Source: Phoronis australis
Lineage: Eukaryota; Animalia; Phoronida
Length of the DNA stretch: 64,000 bases
Assembly: GCA_002633005.1 (NCBI GenBank)
Contig: NMRA01000009.1
Span: forward strand, 977,169-1,041,168
Reading direction: 5' to 3'
Every line of letters begins with the position of its first letter. Within the stretch, counting starts at the first letter, position 1. The position numbers and the translations under genes are program-made. The notes below the pieces were generated by a model. The model had not been told where the DNA came from and did not search any database. It worked only from the letters and a program-made list of their open reading frames with translations. Of this stretch, positions 42,701-53,300 are shown piece by piece.

Positions 42701-45700
42701 AGTATTTTCTTCTGAATGTACAGTATGTTTTCTGTTGTTTTTAGTTTAAATAATGAAATATATTTTCACAGTGTTGTAAAATTTATGTTGGTAAACTTTG
42801 CTGATGTGATGGCCTTGGTTTTGATTACATTTAAAATGTTATATTTTCTGTTATTGATATACCCTGCAAGCTTTAATTGTTGGCCTTTATTATTGCATTT
42901 GATCTTTTCATAATTGTCTTTAGTACATTTAGTTGTTGGTACTGGGTTCAAAATACTTGGCGTACTTTTTCACCTGTGCACTCATTAATGACCTTCTTTC
43001 GTGTGAATTTATTGCACACCACATTCCAAGAATATTAAAGCAATTATTACATAAACCTATTCTATTCACTACTTGCATAACTTCGCCATTTTGCTTGAAA
43101 ACGAGGTGTTGTGTCCAAACTACAATGGTTCTGTATGTTTCCAACATGGCCACTTTCACGTTTGCCTTGTTAAAGTATTGTGTCCAAAGTAACAATGCAC
43201 AACAATCATGTTTTGCAATGCCACCAAAGTGTGCAACTAGTGAATCCTTGAGAACTGTCTTGATTTAGATCACTCCCGGTTATACAATTTGTCTGGACGT
43301 CCACCTTACTCAGATGAGGAGCGATTTTTGGCTGTTTCTAGAACTGATGCTTGGGTAGTGCTTGAGACGATGCTCGCCACATGAAATGACAGGCTCCATT
43401 TTGAGTCATAAGAACTGATAGGTCTTCACAAACGCACCATTTGTCTTTATATCTGAGTAAGGAACAAATTAACATCACATCCAGTGGCCGTAAGTAGCCA
43501 AAATCAAGTTATTTTGATGGAAGTTGAGTTTATAGACGCTTTAAGTGGAAAAAACATTCCAGATATTGTGTTTCCATTCCTGTTTTTAACTCCTGGTTTG
43601 TCCAATTTAAATACGATATAAATGTTCATAGCTCAGGGTCAATGTACGTCTTCCCTGTTGTTGTTTTGTATGTTTTTTCTGAGAAGTCTTCTAACGACTT
43701 TAGAGTAGTTCGTTTATTAGTATTGTTGATAATATTTTTAATAAAATGCCTATATTTGATTTGATTGATTTTTTCTCCCACTTGATTTTATTTGAACTGA
43801 ATAGAGAACATTGCTGACTGAGAAACTTTAATATAATGCAGGAAGTAGGCAACATAAAATATCCACGAACTTAGTTACTAATGATTTAACATTCTGCATT
43901 TTATGTCTGGTCTAATTACGACGAGGCAGTCCGTATATGGCTATTGTAAACAATACTTTAAACAACCCTGTGTCGGGGGTAAACTTATTTTTGCAGATTC
44001 AAGACTTGCCAAAAAAAAACGTTTTGTGACTTGGTTTTGGTGACGTTTTAAACCTTTGGTTGTCACTTTGTTTTAGTGACGTATTAAATATTTGGTTGTC
44101 TATCTTCGTTCTTGATTTACAGTATGTTTCCGTGCGCACAAAACCTAGGACTGGAACAAAGTAATTTTAAATTTCAAAGGCTGCGAATTTCATTTTCAAT
44201 ATTTTTGCGAACTTCTTATAAGAAAATCAAGCCATGTGATCGAGGACTTGTTCCCCGTATCTCGACCGTAGCATTTTCGTTGCCCGGCCAATCAACAGTT
44301 GCTTGTTTCCATTTTACTCCTGATACTGCACTCCTGCTATTTTATATGCTTTTGTTACACTCTTGTCCGAAACTGTTTCACTGTTAAAATTGTTAACGCT
44401 TGTTAATCAAAACTTATCCCCTCGTTTTAGTTTTACTAGTAAAATTTATCCTATTTTGCTGTTTTTAAAGACTTCTAGTTAATACAACAATAACAGAAAC
44501 AAAATGTTTCCTAGATTTTTAACTATGGTAAAACCTCGAGAAATTGCGTTTGAATTTGTTTGCAAATCTGAATTACTTTGAAGTGGTTCGTTTGGTAACA
44601 TTTTTTAATTCTCCTAACAAATCTACTGTTTATAATTAATCTGTGCGTAATGTGTATGCACTATAGTCTAAAATTGATGCATTTCAATTTAAAACTCTTT
44701 TACCCAATGGACTCTAGTAATATTTACCTTAAACTACAAAATGCCTTGTTTTCTGGAATATTTGTATCTTGATATTATTAATGGGCTCCAACCAATTGCT
44801 ACATTACTCTAAGTATTCTTTGTGTATGAATTTTACTGACTTCCTCAAAGTCTTTGTGCTAATACCCTAACCCTAACCGGTTGTCAAATGAAACCAAATC
44901 AGATTTTCTAGTATATTTTTGATTAAATAAAAGGGTTCGTGTCTGCGATGTGTGGTGACTTCATGTATACTGTAGTGATTTAAGTTGGCGAGTTTAAAGA
45001 ATAAGGCGTTTAAAAATCAATCCAAACCCATTTTTGTGTGTTCTACAAAGAAACCATTCATGATCTTTGATCCGGGTATAAACGATGCCCCAAACTGACT
45101 GTCTTTTCAGTCTCTAACAATAATCAAGCTAATTAACATTTAGTTAGTGTCCCTAGACAAGTAATACTTAGTATGTAACATAGGCAGCCAACTGCTAATG
45201 ACTTAAACGCGTTTGTGAAAACAATTAACGTAGAAAATATATCTGAAACTAAATAAGGCGATCCAGATCCTGCCAAGGTTACTATTGTTTCATGAAATGA
45301 TGAATATAAATCGGTAAATAAAACAACAAGAATGGATCAACTGAAATTTGAAATTTTCGGAGGTAACAAAAAAAAATTGGAAACAATTAAAAACGCTCTA
45401 AGACCTCGTAAAATTTTGTACATGTTTATTCAAAACCAATAAGTAAATGCCAAAAAACAAGAATTTCGCAATAATTTTAAGGTCCCTTGGTTATTAGTAA
45501 AGACACTCTTATTCAAGTTCAATTATTCGTCTCCCCAGAAAGAAGGGAATTGATTGTGTTATGATTTATTACAGTGTCCTTCATATCGTTAGACTTGAAT
45601 TACTTTAATAAAGATTTCAGTAAATTTTACTTCATCATTTTTGAATTTCGACATGTTCGCGCTGGCACGCATAAAACAACTTGGGTGGTCCCTCTAGCTG

Positions 45701-47096
45701 TATGGTTTGATGTAAGACATCAGTTCAGGAATCAATTTTAGTGAGACGAAACGCTTTTATTGGTAAACAATTATACTTCGTCTTATTAGTGATGATGACT
45801 GCATTAACTGTGAAAAGTCGTCTGAATTTGTACTCATTTTGCGTCATATACTTCTGTTGTATGAAGTGATCCGTTTGAACTCCTGGTCTCGGCTCTAATT
45901 TTTTACTCGAAATTGAGATGTTATTTTTTACATGTGCAATGTTCCGAGGTCGAGTTTTTATCAGAAACAAACCCCGGACCTGGAAACAAAACAGTGGTTG
46001 GGTGAATTGCACTTCAGCACATAATGTTATGCACTATACATTCAACGCCATGGAATAATTTACATCAAACACTGACCATCAGTTTTAAAAGTTTTACTAT
46101 AACGTCACGTGACGGGACCTATACGTTTTCGAAATTTAGAAGCATCCGTTGTATGACTAGCTTTTCAGATTTTTGTCAATCTACGCGTAGTTCTGTTTAC
46201 AATAGTAACTTGGTTTAGTGAAAAAAATTGTTTCACCACCAACTTTTGTTTGTCACAGTTGTTCTGCAATTTATTTTTGTAGCTTTTAATAGCTGAACCA
46301 ATGTACCCTTCACGATTGTCATTTGCACGGTTCGTGTTTTTGTTAGCAATATGATTTTCTGGCTTTCAGATGGTCACAATGGAAAAAGAACGCGCTGAAG
46401 ACACTGCCAGGAAGGATAGAAGAAACTCCTACTCAGGATGACGAAGATGAAGACGATGACGATGAAGAAGATGAAGATGACGAGGAAGAAACTCCAGTAC
46501 CTCCAAAGAAACCACCTCCCCAAAAAATAGTTGACGATGACGACGACGAAGATGATGACGAAGACGAAAGTGTAACACCTCCAAAGAAGCCTCCTCCAAA
46601 GAAACCAGTCGACGATGATGATGACGACGACGATGAAGATGATGACGATGACCCCCCTCCTAAAACAAAACCTGCAAAGAAGCCAGTTGCCGACGATGAC
46701 GATGACGACGACGAAGATGATGATGATGATGATCCTCCTCCCAAGAAGAAGCCTCCTCCAAAGAAACCTGTTGACGACGATGATGACGATGACGACGACG
46801 ATGATCCTCCTCCCAAAAAGAAACCTCCTCCTAAGAAACCAGTTGCCGATGATGATGATGACGATGACGACGATGATGATGAAGATGACCCTCCTCCCAA
46901 AAAGAAACCTCCTCCTAAGAAACCAGTTGCCGATGATGATGATGACGATGACGACGATGATGATGAAGATGACCCTCCTCCCAAAAAGAAACCTCCCCCA
47001 AAGAAACCACCACAAAACGACGACGACGATGATGATGATGACGACGACGATGACGATGATGTTCCTCCACCAAAGAAACCTACCCAAAGGAGGTAA
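12676..47096 (+). CDS. CCDC154: CCDC154-like coiled-coil protein, multi-exon gene with alternative last exons
   Basis: Phase-consistent exons: 12676-12719, 13635-14105, [missing exon(s), probably at the n at 15982], 21173-21255, 21533-21628, 23075-23300, 24580-24708, 25996-26120, 26324-26450, 27025-27099, 27722-27787, 28443-28523, 29013-29240, 29950-30090, 32122-32241, 33528-33604, 34219-34336, 35547-35594, 38532-38618, then either 39107-39847, or 40657-40841 plus (41181-41454 or 46370-47096). The C-terminus IRKLAESIQTVKTVLGMKIQSE...PKLFIK...INRWNLANAY(S/R)W resembles recalled human CCDC154 IMKLENCVQANKTIQNLRFNTE...PRVFIK...MNCWGVYQAVRWLRWK. Confidence 0.72.
13635..14105 (+). CDS. CCDC154: CCDC154-like large coiled-coil exon
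   Basis: acag|...AA|gtatgt; heptad-rich EERIRQLETRINVTEKSNRALLEEVVRLQSELK. Confidence 0.85.
14070..15981. repeat. 69-bp minisatellite derived from the exon/intron junction, interrupted by a LINE
   Basis: Unit ggaactgatagtagatgtgatctacagactgttaagtatatatggtgtagacatgtgtttcactatcta at ~14070-14325 and ~15682-15981. Confidence 0.85.
14326..15683 (+). mobile_element. 5'-truncated L1/Tx1-clade LINE, ORF2 3' part (zf-RVT), degenerate
   Basis: Motifs GGLKMP, NPFWKEV, WYNNNIMIGGKTVFYKMW..KG..LSDL, and C.FC....ES..HL.WEC..V..FW. A-rich tail; possible TSD aag(t/c)atgtat. Confidence 0.8.
15983..23218. repeat. ~3.4-kb near-identical duplication flanking an N gap (likely uncollapsed haplotypes)
   Basis: 15983-19374 matches 19812-23218 with scattered SNPs and indels. 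It duplicates exons 17337-17419, 17700-17795 and 19231-19374. Confidence 0.85.
28350..28449. repeat. 51-bp tandem duplication including a splice acceptor
   Basis: atgtgcgtcagtatgtagtctgttcaatactg..gatt.caggttc, two copies. Confidence 0.8.
33029..33470. mobile_element. MITE (TA TSD) with an internal 57-bp x4 tandem array
   Basis: ta|tcaggtgaattttatgagacac ... gtgtctcatgaaatcagcctga|ta; array at ~33098-33330. Confidence 0.65.
33830..34060. repeat. degenerate tgtcctattggt minisatellite
   Basis: Repeated gttgtgtcctattggt units. Confidence 0.85.
36355..36635. repeat. attgacactatgtgat minisatellite
   Basis: More than 15 units of 16-20 bp. Confidence 0.9.
37408..38675. repeat. 13-bp ggg(c/t)acaatgtga array plus a ~0.55-kb duplication around an N gap
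   Basis: ~37520-38064 matches 38132-38675 (offset 611); exon 37921-38007 duplicates 38532-38618. Confidence 0.85.
39107..39847 (+). CDS. CCDC154: CCDC154-like alternative terminal exon A (disordered acidic tail)
   Basis: ttgtag|CGA, phase 0, in frame with ORF 39140-39847; RGADIQTLNSRMSELRMFL...QQQ*. Confidence 0.7.
   Translation, partial: RGADIQTLNSRMSELRMFLTLSGLQRTASPDPVEGWNPSYQPSPLVPAKISEPLVASNNNHSPEKDKLDGKSLLADEDVKEEEKSPAEKNKPRKKSPDFRETPVSYSDPQTTPNSKKNQREPGETTPTNGINQREAVLKATTPTVDKEDADAVRAKGEQHPSGDGNDEDDLPSDNNVDDDKKAQSDNVDEEKAPSDKTGNNKNKEAGEPESKDDKTNPGDDNDDEDHDSSTKKSKGSAAKDANQQQ
40185..40362. repeat. ~22-bp tttactgagtggtgatgagtttgga repeat
   Basis: About 7 degenerate units. Confidence 0.8.
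40657..40841 (+). CDS. CCDC154: CCDC154-like penultimate exon
   Basis: tttcag|AGA...TAC AG|gtgaga; REDGLEKLSEELELLRQRL...PKLFIK...INRWNLANAY. Confidence 0.8.
41181..41454 (+). CDS. CCDC154: CCDC154-like terminal exon B
   Basis: tttcag|T TGG, phase 2; SWLFMKSKWDYIRWK...PEW*. AATAAA at ~42258. Confidence 0.75.
46370..47096 (+). CDS. terminal exon C: poly-Asp / PPPKKKPPPKKPV block repeats (probably a CCDC154-like isoform)
   Basis: ctttcag|A TGG TCA CAA TGG AAA; 241 open codons ending TAA at 47094; AATAAA at 47185. The ORF track missed this frame because it has no start codon. Confidence 0.75.
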
Positions 47097-47799
47097 CAGG
47101 TAAATCGGATTTTTTTTTAATTCAAGGTAAACAGATTTTGGCAAGAACGTTTACTCAGAAAGTACTCTAGGGCGCTTCTGGTTTAATAAATATATTTTTG
47201 AAACGATACAAGGATACTTTAGACTCGATATTTACGCTGCTTCAGAATACAGAAGCTGCAGTGACTGATACTGACGGAGCCAAAAAAAGAAATTTTTTGT
47301 TGATTATCAAAACGTGAATAATCGTAGACCGATACACGACAATAAAGACGGGCAATACAGTCTGCTTGAATTCAAGTGTTTATTTTGTCTGTCTTAAATG
47401 TTGGCGACTGAACGAGTACACTTTTACAAACTGATGAAAAGTATTTCAGGATGAGCAAGATTTTGATCTGTTGGACCTACATCTGATAGATCTCAGTGTA
47501 TAAGTGGGTACTGTGGCGAAAACTAACATGAACAAATGCTCTATAGTGTTGGAACTTTTACATCTACTCGTTATCATTTACTATAGTTTTAAACGACAAA
47601 TAGAAATAAGACACTGCAATGTACCTGCATAAAGTGCGTTTTACAAGTTTCGAAGATGAGAACTACGGTTTCAAAATTTATAATTGAAAGTTTTGTCGAT
47701 CCCACACAGTGTCTACTTTTCCTCTAATCTGGAAACGTCACTGGGAGTTGGAAACGTAATATAAATTGTTTTAATAATGTAGGATGATACAAACTAAGA

Positions 47800-47825
47800 G
47801 ATAAGACAACGAGTTGCTTAGCAAC
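47800..47825. promoter_or_regulatory. RFX X-box with adjacent GATA site
   Basis: GTTGCTTAGCAAC at 47813-47825, preceded by GATAAG. Confidence 0.35.
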
Positions 47826-50800
47826 CTGCGAGCAAACTAACGACCGTGTTCTCCCGAGGGAGTAAATGGGTTGGATGGGTACGCCCATCGCCACAGGAAA
47901 ATTAAAACCATTTTATTTTCTGTGTATTGTGATAAATTAACCCTTGTAGGGTTTCCATGATTTAGAAAAAAAAGTACGCTAATGTTATGTTGTGAAACAT
48001 CATTTTGTTGAGTATGCATTTGTATATTAACTCAAAGATACAAACACGGTAATTTGCATTAAAAGGAAAACTAAAAAATGATACAAAGTTTCACTTCCTG
48101 CGGAATACTTTCAGCGTTAATTATCTGGAGTGCTCACTTACCACTCCTACCTTGCTTTTATCCTTTGAACAATGTAAAATGTATATTTTAAAATTTTTAA
48201 CACTATTCTAAAACGGATGCCTGTTTATTACTGACGTGTCCAATTCTTTTGTTGTTGGCAAAAGGGACAAAATATTCATTAGCGAAAATATTCTAGAAAA
48301 TTTCAATTTTCTAAAAGAATTATACAAAGGAATGTGAAGTGTCGTGATTACATTTGGTCATACATAGAACAACACTGTCTATTTATTTTGCATCTAATCA
48401 TCAAAGTACAAAATCGCGTTTGAAAAACTGTTAATCCAGGTATGAGCTGCTGTGATGTTTGATGAAGAAATAATCTGGAAAAATCATGCTTGTCGTATGA
48501 AGGATTTTATTGCTTTATCTTGAAAACGTTTTGCAAGTTCATCAAATATGATTTAGTTTGCGAAGCTCGTTTCCCATTCAAAATTGAACACAAAGAATGG
48601 TCGTAACACGCAATTACGAGTGTTTAATTTGCCACTTAAATTAGCGACAAAACTAAGCAAAGATAATAGTCCGACACAACGGTGGAATCCCAGTAAATCC
48701 CACCTGTTATCTGTCTCATGCACCGCGTGGTGATTGATCGCAGAATGCCGCGCCACCATGCCTGCCAAGACGGCCAAGTAGACAGAAGGTTTAATATAAA
48801 TAGCTGAGTACAAACTGTTGAACTAGTTTAGGTATGTACGAACATTACAACAAAGATGCACCTTTCATTTGGTGCTACGAGAAGATCATACGACGGATAT
48901 TTTAATGAATTAACATAAATCAATGTACACGCTCATCGGGTTTGAAATCAGATACCGTTAATGAATGAATGACGATTGCTGAGATTATTAATTTTAATTA
49001 GTAAACTTTACTCTACACAGTTTCCTTTCGAAAGGTAGTCCTTGTCAGTTATGTTTTACCTTCAGCATATACAAAGATTTTAGACTGTGTGAGATTTACT
49101 AATACGCAAATAGTTATTCCATGAAGTTACGATATTAAGAAAATCATCCGAGGTATCACTTTTAAGTAATAAAACTCAATAAATCGGACGTTCAGAAATA
49201 GGATCTTGTCGTCAACCGACAGAGATCCGTCTACGGTCGTTCCAGTTCGTGCACTTGGCTCATCAAAATTTGCCTTACTCAAATAAATTATCTCGGTTTG
49301 AATTGGACTCGAAAAGATCGATGTTTTATGAATCATTAATACTCAAGAAACGACGATAGATGTACTTTTGATGAGCACATTCATTTAAGTACATGTGTAC
49401 GAAACTCCAACGTTCCACGGTAAAGCACCATATTGGAATAATGTTAGCCATTTTCAGCTAATTGTAAAACTTGTCCTCAAATTTCAATTATTAACCCTAC
49501 TTTCAATGATAATTTTTTTAATTGAGTATATGGAATACTCATTATAATCGGACATATTTTGATTTAACGCTAAATATCCATTTTATATTAAGATTACAAG
49601 ATCATTGGTCATATTGTTTTTAAACGAATACAAACTGCGTTATACAATCACAAGATTTTAATCCAACAAACAAAACGACAGGCTTAGTTCCCTCATCAGT
49701 ATTTATCTCAGGCAGTGGGAAGGTGTATTAGCATATTAAATTCCAAGGGGTAATCATCTATATTTGCCTTACCCTCTCGGGTTCCTTGATTTCTTTGTCA
49801 TGCAATGACTTATGCGATAACACAGTTATTTTTCAGTAGCGCTTATATCTTCGGAATCTGCTCCCATGGGTTCTAATCATCCACTCCGAGACAGATCTAG
49901 TTTGTTGTACTTGTAGAAAGTGTCCAGATTTACAAATATATTATAACTTTTATTTTTAGAAACTTTAAGTTCATTTTTTAATTATTCCCGACGACTTCAA
50001 AATTAAACATTAAAATGTTAGTGCACATGCTTACGAGATATTCTTTATCGTCTCAAATTTCGCAAATAGGAACGCTGTCGCTGAAACTATGCAAAAATAT
50101 TAGGCGAAACAATTACCTTTACGTACACCGCCATACCAAACTTACTCAAAGAGGAACTCGTTGTAATAAGACATTTTCTTGCTGTTCGTTATGTTACACC
50201 CATAACAACTTATTCCTGTAATTATTGTTGATATTAGGTTTTAAAATTTAGTAGACAAGCCCAGTCTAGTAAGCTCTCCCGCCTTCTTAATTCTTGAATT
50301 AACACGTTTCTTATTCATTTCATTTATTTTTAAAACAGTGAATGTTTTAAAGTGTAATTATTGTAATTAAATTGATATTTCATTGTTTATTTTACTGTGT
50401 CGTTCCCGCTTTCGCCAACGACCATGCGTTTGGTTGATATGAAACGGTGGTATTACGCATTTGAAGACGTGACGTCAGCATGAGGGCGGCTGCAGTCGTC
50501 TTGTCAATCAACACGTTCATAAGTTGTGCTGAGAGATAAGATGCTTTATGATACTACTCTTGTCAAATTTCTATTGAAAAGTTTCATTTTGTAAATATTT
50601 GTTCACCTCCCTTATTCTGACACCATGATTGGCTGCGTTAATATGTCAGACCATTGTATTACGCCTGGATTACGAGCTCGGATTTATTAGAAAGTTGCAA
50701 AACATCCACGTTAGGAAGTTGTAAGACCTCCAAAATCTGACTTGAAATTAAGCAAGATTGATGAGATATTTGATAAACATAACAGGAAAATTATAAATCT

Positions 50801-52587
50801 TATAATTTGCTAACTAATAAAATATCATTCGTACAGCTGCAGATTCAGCCGTCTTTGAACATATTCGTAAAGCATGAAGAGGGTATTTTGATGTAGAGCA
50901 TTTATGGAAAAGATGGCAATCTGAGAATGAGTGCACCTATGTGGTTATCGCTATGTTGCATTGTTGAATGAGTCGTTAACTGTGGCTTGAAAAACACATC
51001 TTCTGGTAAAATGTGTTTAAATACTGATGACGCAAATCAATAATAAAACTAAAAATGTTGCAATATTTACATATTTGTTAGACTCTTTATCGACAAGTTA
51101 CAAAAGATTGTAACTGAAAGTTAAATAGAAAGATTTTCAAGCCAGCTGTTTCCTTAGTGTTCCTCTAGTGCTTTTTGTCATAACTGTGAGTTGTGCTGCG
51201 ATTAACTGCATTATTAGTAGTGCTTAGGAATGTTTTAAACACATTTACAAATGGAGATAAACGCAACTTTTGTTGCAATGGAGCACAAAATTGTATTAAT
51301 ACCGGTGGTATTTTTTTCTCTCTGGCCTAACACACCTGATAAGATGTCGTCGATCGCTGCAGTTTTCAGTTTATTCCTTCGCCCTTAACAATGAACGTAA
51401 ACGCTACTTCAGAAAACTATAAAAAGAATAGATACTCACAGTGTCTCGAGTAAGTGGCATGATTTCTTTAAGTCATCAATGAAAAAGGACATAACAGCAT
51501 TCTCAATCGTTACAACTTTTAGTCCTAAATACATAACAGTATTCTTAATCGTTACAAATTTTAGTCCTAAATACATTACAGAACGCATTAACATCGTTAG
51601 CAATAATATAATTTTATATTTTTTTCTAAAGTTGAACTTTTGTTGTTTTCCAGAATGTCATCGATGCTCAACAGTCCAATTGAGTTACCAAACGCCATGG
51701 ATGGTCTTGGAGTAGAAAATGAAACAATCCCAATTTATTTGAACGTTGTGTTTAACTGTAGTTATAAGATGTTTGTTTTGGAGTCGTGTGTACTTTGTGC
51801 GTGCTGCTCTGTGTCTATGTAACTTATTGGTAAGTTATAACCCAGGGAAGTTTTGAATATTAACAGAAGAGAAAATAAATTTTGAAATCAAATTTCAGTG
51901 TCTAACAGATTTAAATGGATGGCTCAATCTTAAAGAAAGTTGACTGAAACGTTATGAATGCATTGCATAATGTTTGTTATGAATGCATTGCATAATGTTT
52001 GTTTCACTAGTGACAATCAGTATTTTCACTAATCTTGTTCTTTGTAGGAAAATGATGAAAATTTGTGAAAGACAATATTTAGCATTGAAGACCTGCTATG
52101 AAGTACAAAGTTCTTTTTACCAGAATATAAAATTCTATTTTTGTAATTTTTGTAGATATTGTCCTCTTGTATGATTTTTCGTGGTTGTAATTGGACATAT
52201 GTAACCTTTGTGCTGTTATCACAAGTATGTATCTAGGCTTGTGTACACACGCTGTTCTTGTTATCTTATATTGTCAAGTTAGAATGAGTACGTGTTACAG
52301 TCAAGGTCAGCTACAACGCTTCTTCACACGCAGTGATACAAGCTTTATCAAAGAACGCCATTTGTTTAGTCCGTGTCATCCGCATTTTACAACAGCGACA
52401 CTTCAACCTCATATTTGTGATTCACAAGCTCACTCAGTGTAGATCTACATGTAAATTATGTAGAGGGGTACAAAAAAGACTTCACCTGTCAGGGTAGTAC
52501 ATCAAGTTCCTTTCTTTTATTGACCACAATTGTACTTGGTTGTTTCTCTATGTGCCTTCCTCTTTCATTTCAAAGCAGTCTTTTTAG

Positions 52588-52855
52588 CTGGGGTCCATTT
52601 TACAAAAGGTCGTAAGAGCGGTCGTAATTAAGACGGCCGTAACGTTGATTTTAATTTGCGTTATACAGTAAACGTGGCTCGTGAAGACAGCCGTTAATGA
52701 GACAAGTCTGAATAAGTACAACTATCAACTTAACGTCAGATGCAACATTTTCACTCATTCGAAAAACGTAGCGTCGTGTTTACATTAATCTGCCTGCAAC
52801 CGTCTTACCTGCGACCGTCTTAACGACGATCGCACTTACGACCTTTGATTTCCAG
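52588..52855. mobile_element. MITE with subterminal inverted repeats
   Basis: aaaggtcgtaagagcggtcgtaattaagacgg vs ccgtcttaacgacgatcgcacttacgaccttt. Confidence 0.6.
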
Positions 52856-53198
52856 TGTTACTTTGTACTCCCTTCAATCGATTTAAAATGGCATATCAGT
52901 GAAAACGAAATGGTTTGACCTTAATCGACTTGTAACATTACTAGTATGGAACTAAAATTGTCAGATACAAGACCTGCGTTTGTATTATCGTATAATTACC
53001 TACTGCATTAGAGCTGGATCAGAGAAAAGAAAAGTTTATTCATACACAAAATTGCATACTTAGGAATGATTCCTGAGATTCGTCTGGAATGTGTGAAACC
53101 ACTCAAATTTTTCAAGATAATTTAGCATTACATTTTCCACTATCGATCAAACCTTGAAAACTTACCCCAACAAAATTGCCGGTCTGAAAATATTTTAC

Positions 53199-53300
53199 CA
53201 TGATTTGAGTTGATATGAAGCCATACGATTCGGAATACTAATGAGTCAAAATGATTTGAGTTGATATGAAGCCATACGATTCGGAATACTAATGAGTCAA
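53199..53300. repeat. ~51-bp tandem duplication
   Basis: atgatttgagttgatatgaagccatacgattcggaatactaatgagtcaaa, two copies. Confidence 0.85.

Noticed and set aside
44864-44878. Telomeric CCCTAA repeats
   Set aside because: Only about two units, consistent with chance.
46374-47144. Minus-strand hydrophobic ORF (256 aa), Gly/Ser ORF (183 aa) and plus-strand Met/Thr ORF (162 aa)
   Set aside because: Shadow frames of the GAT/GAC poly-Asp exon. Only the Asp/Lys/Pro frame has an acceptor, third-position variation and a polyA signal.
51654-51879. Orphan terminal exon (good acceptor, AATAAA)
   Set aside because: No recognisable protein and no assignable upstream exon. A phase-2 donor at 47092 is possible but unsupported.
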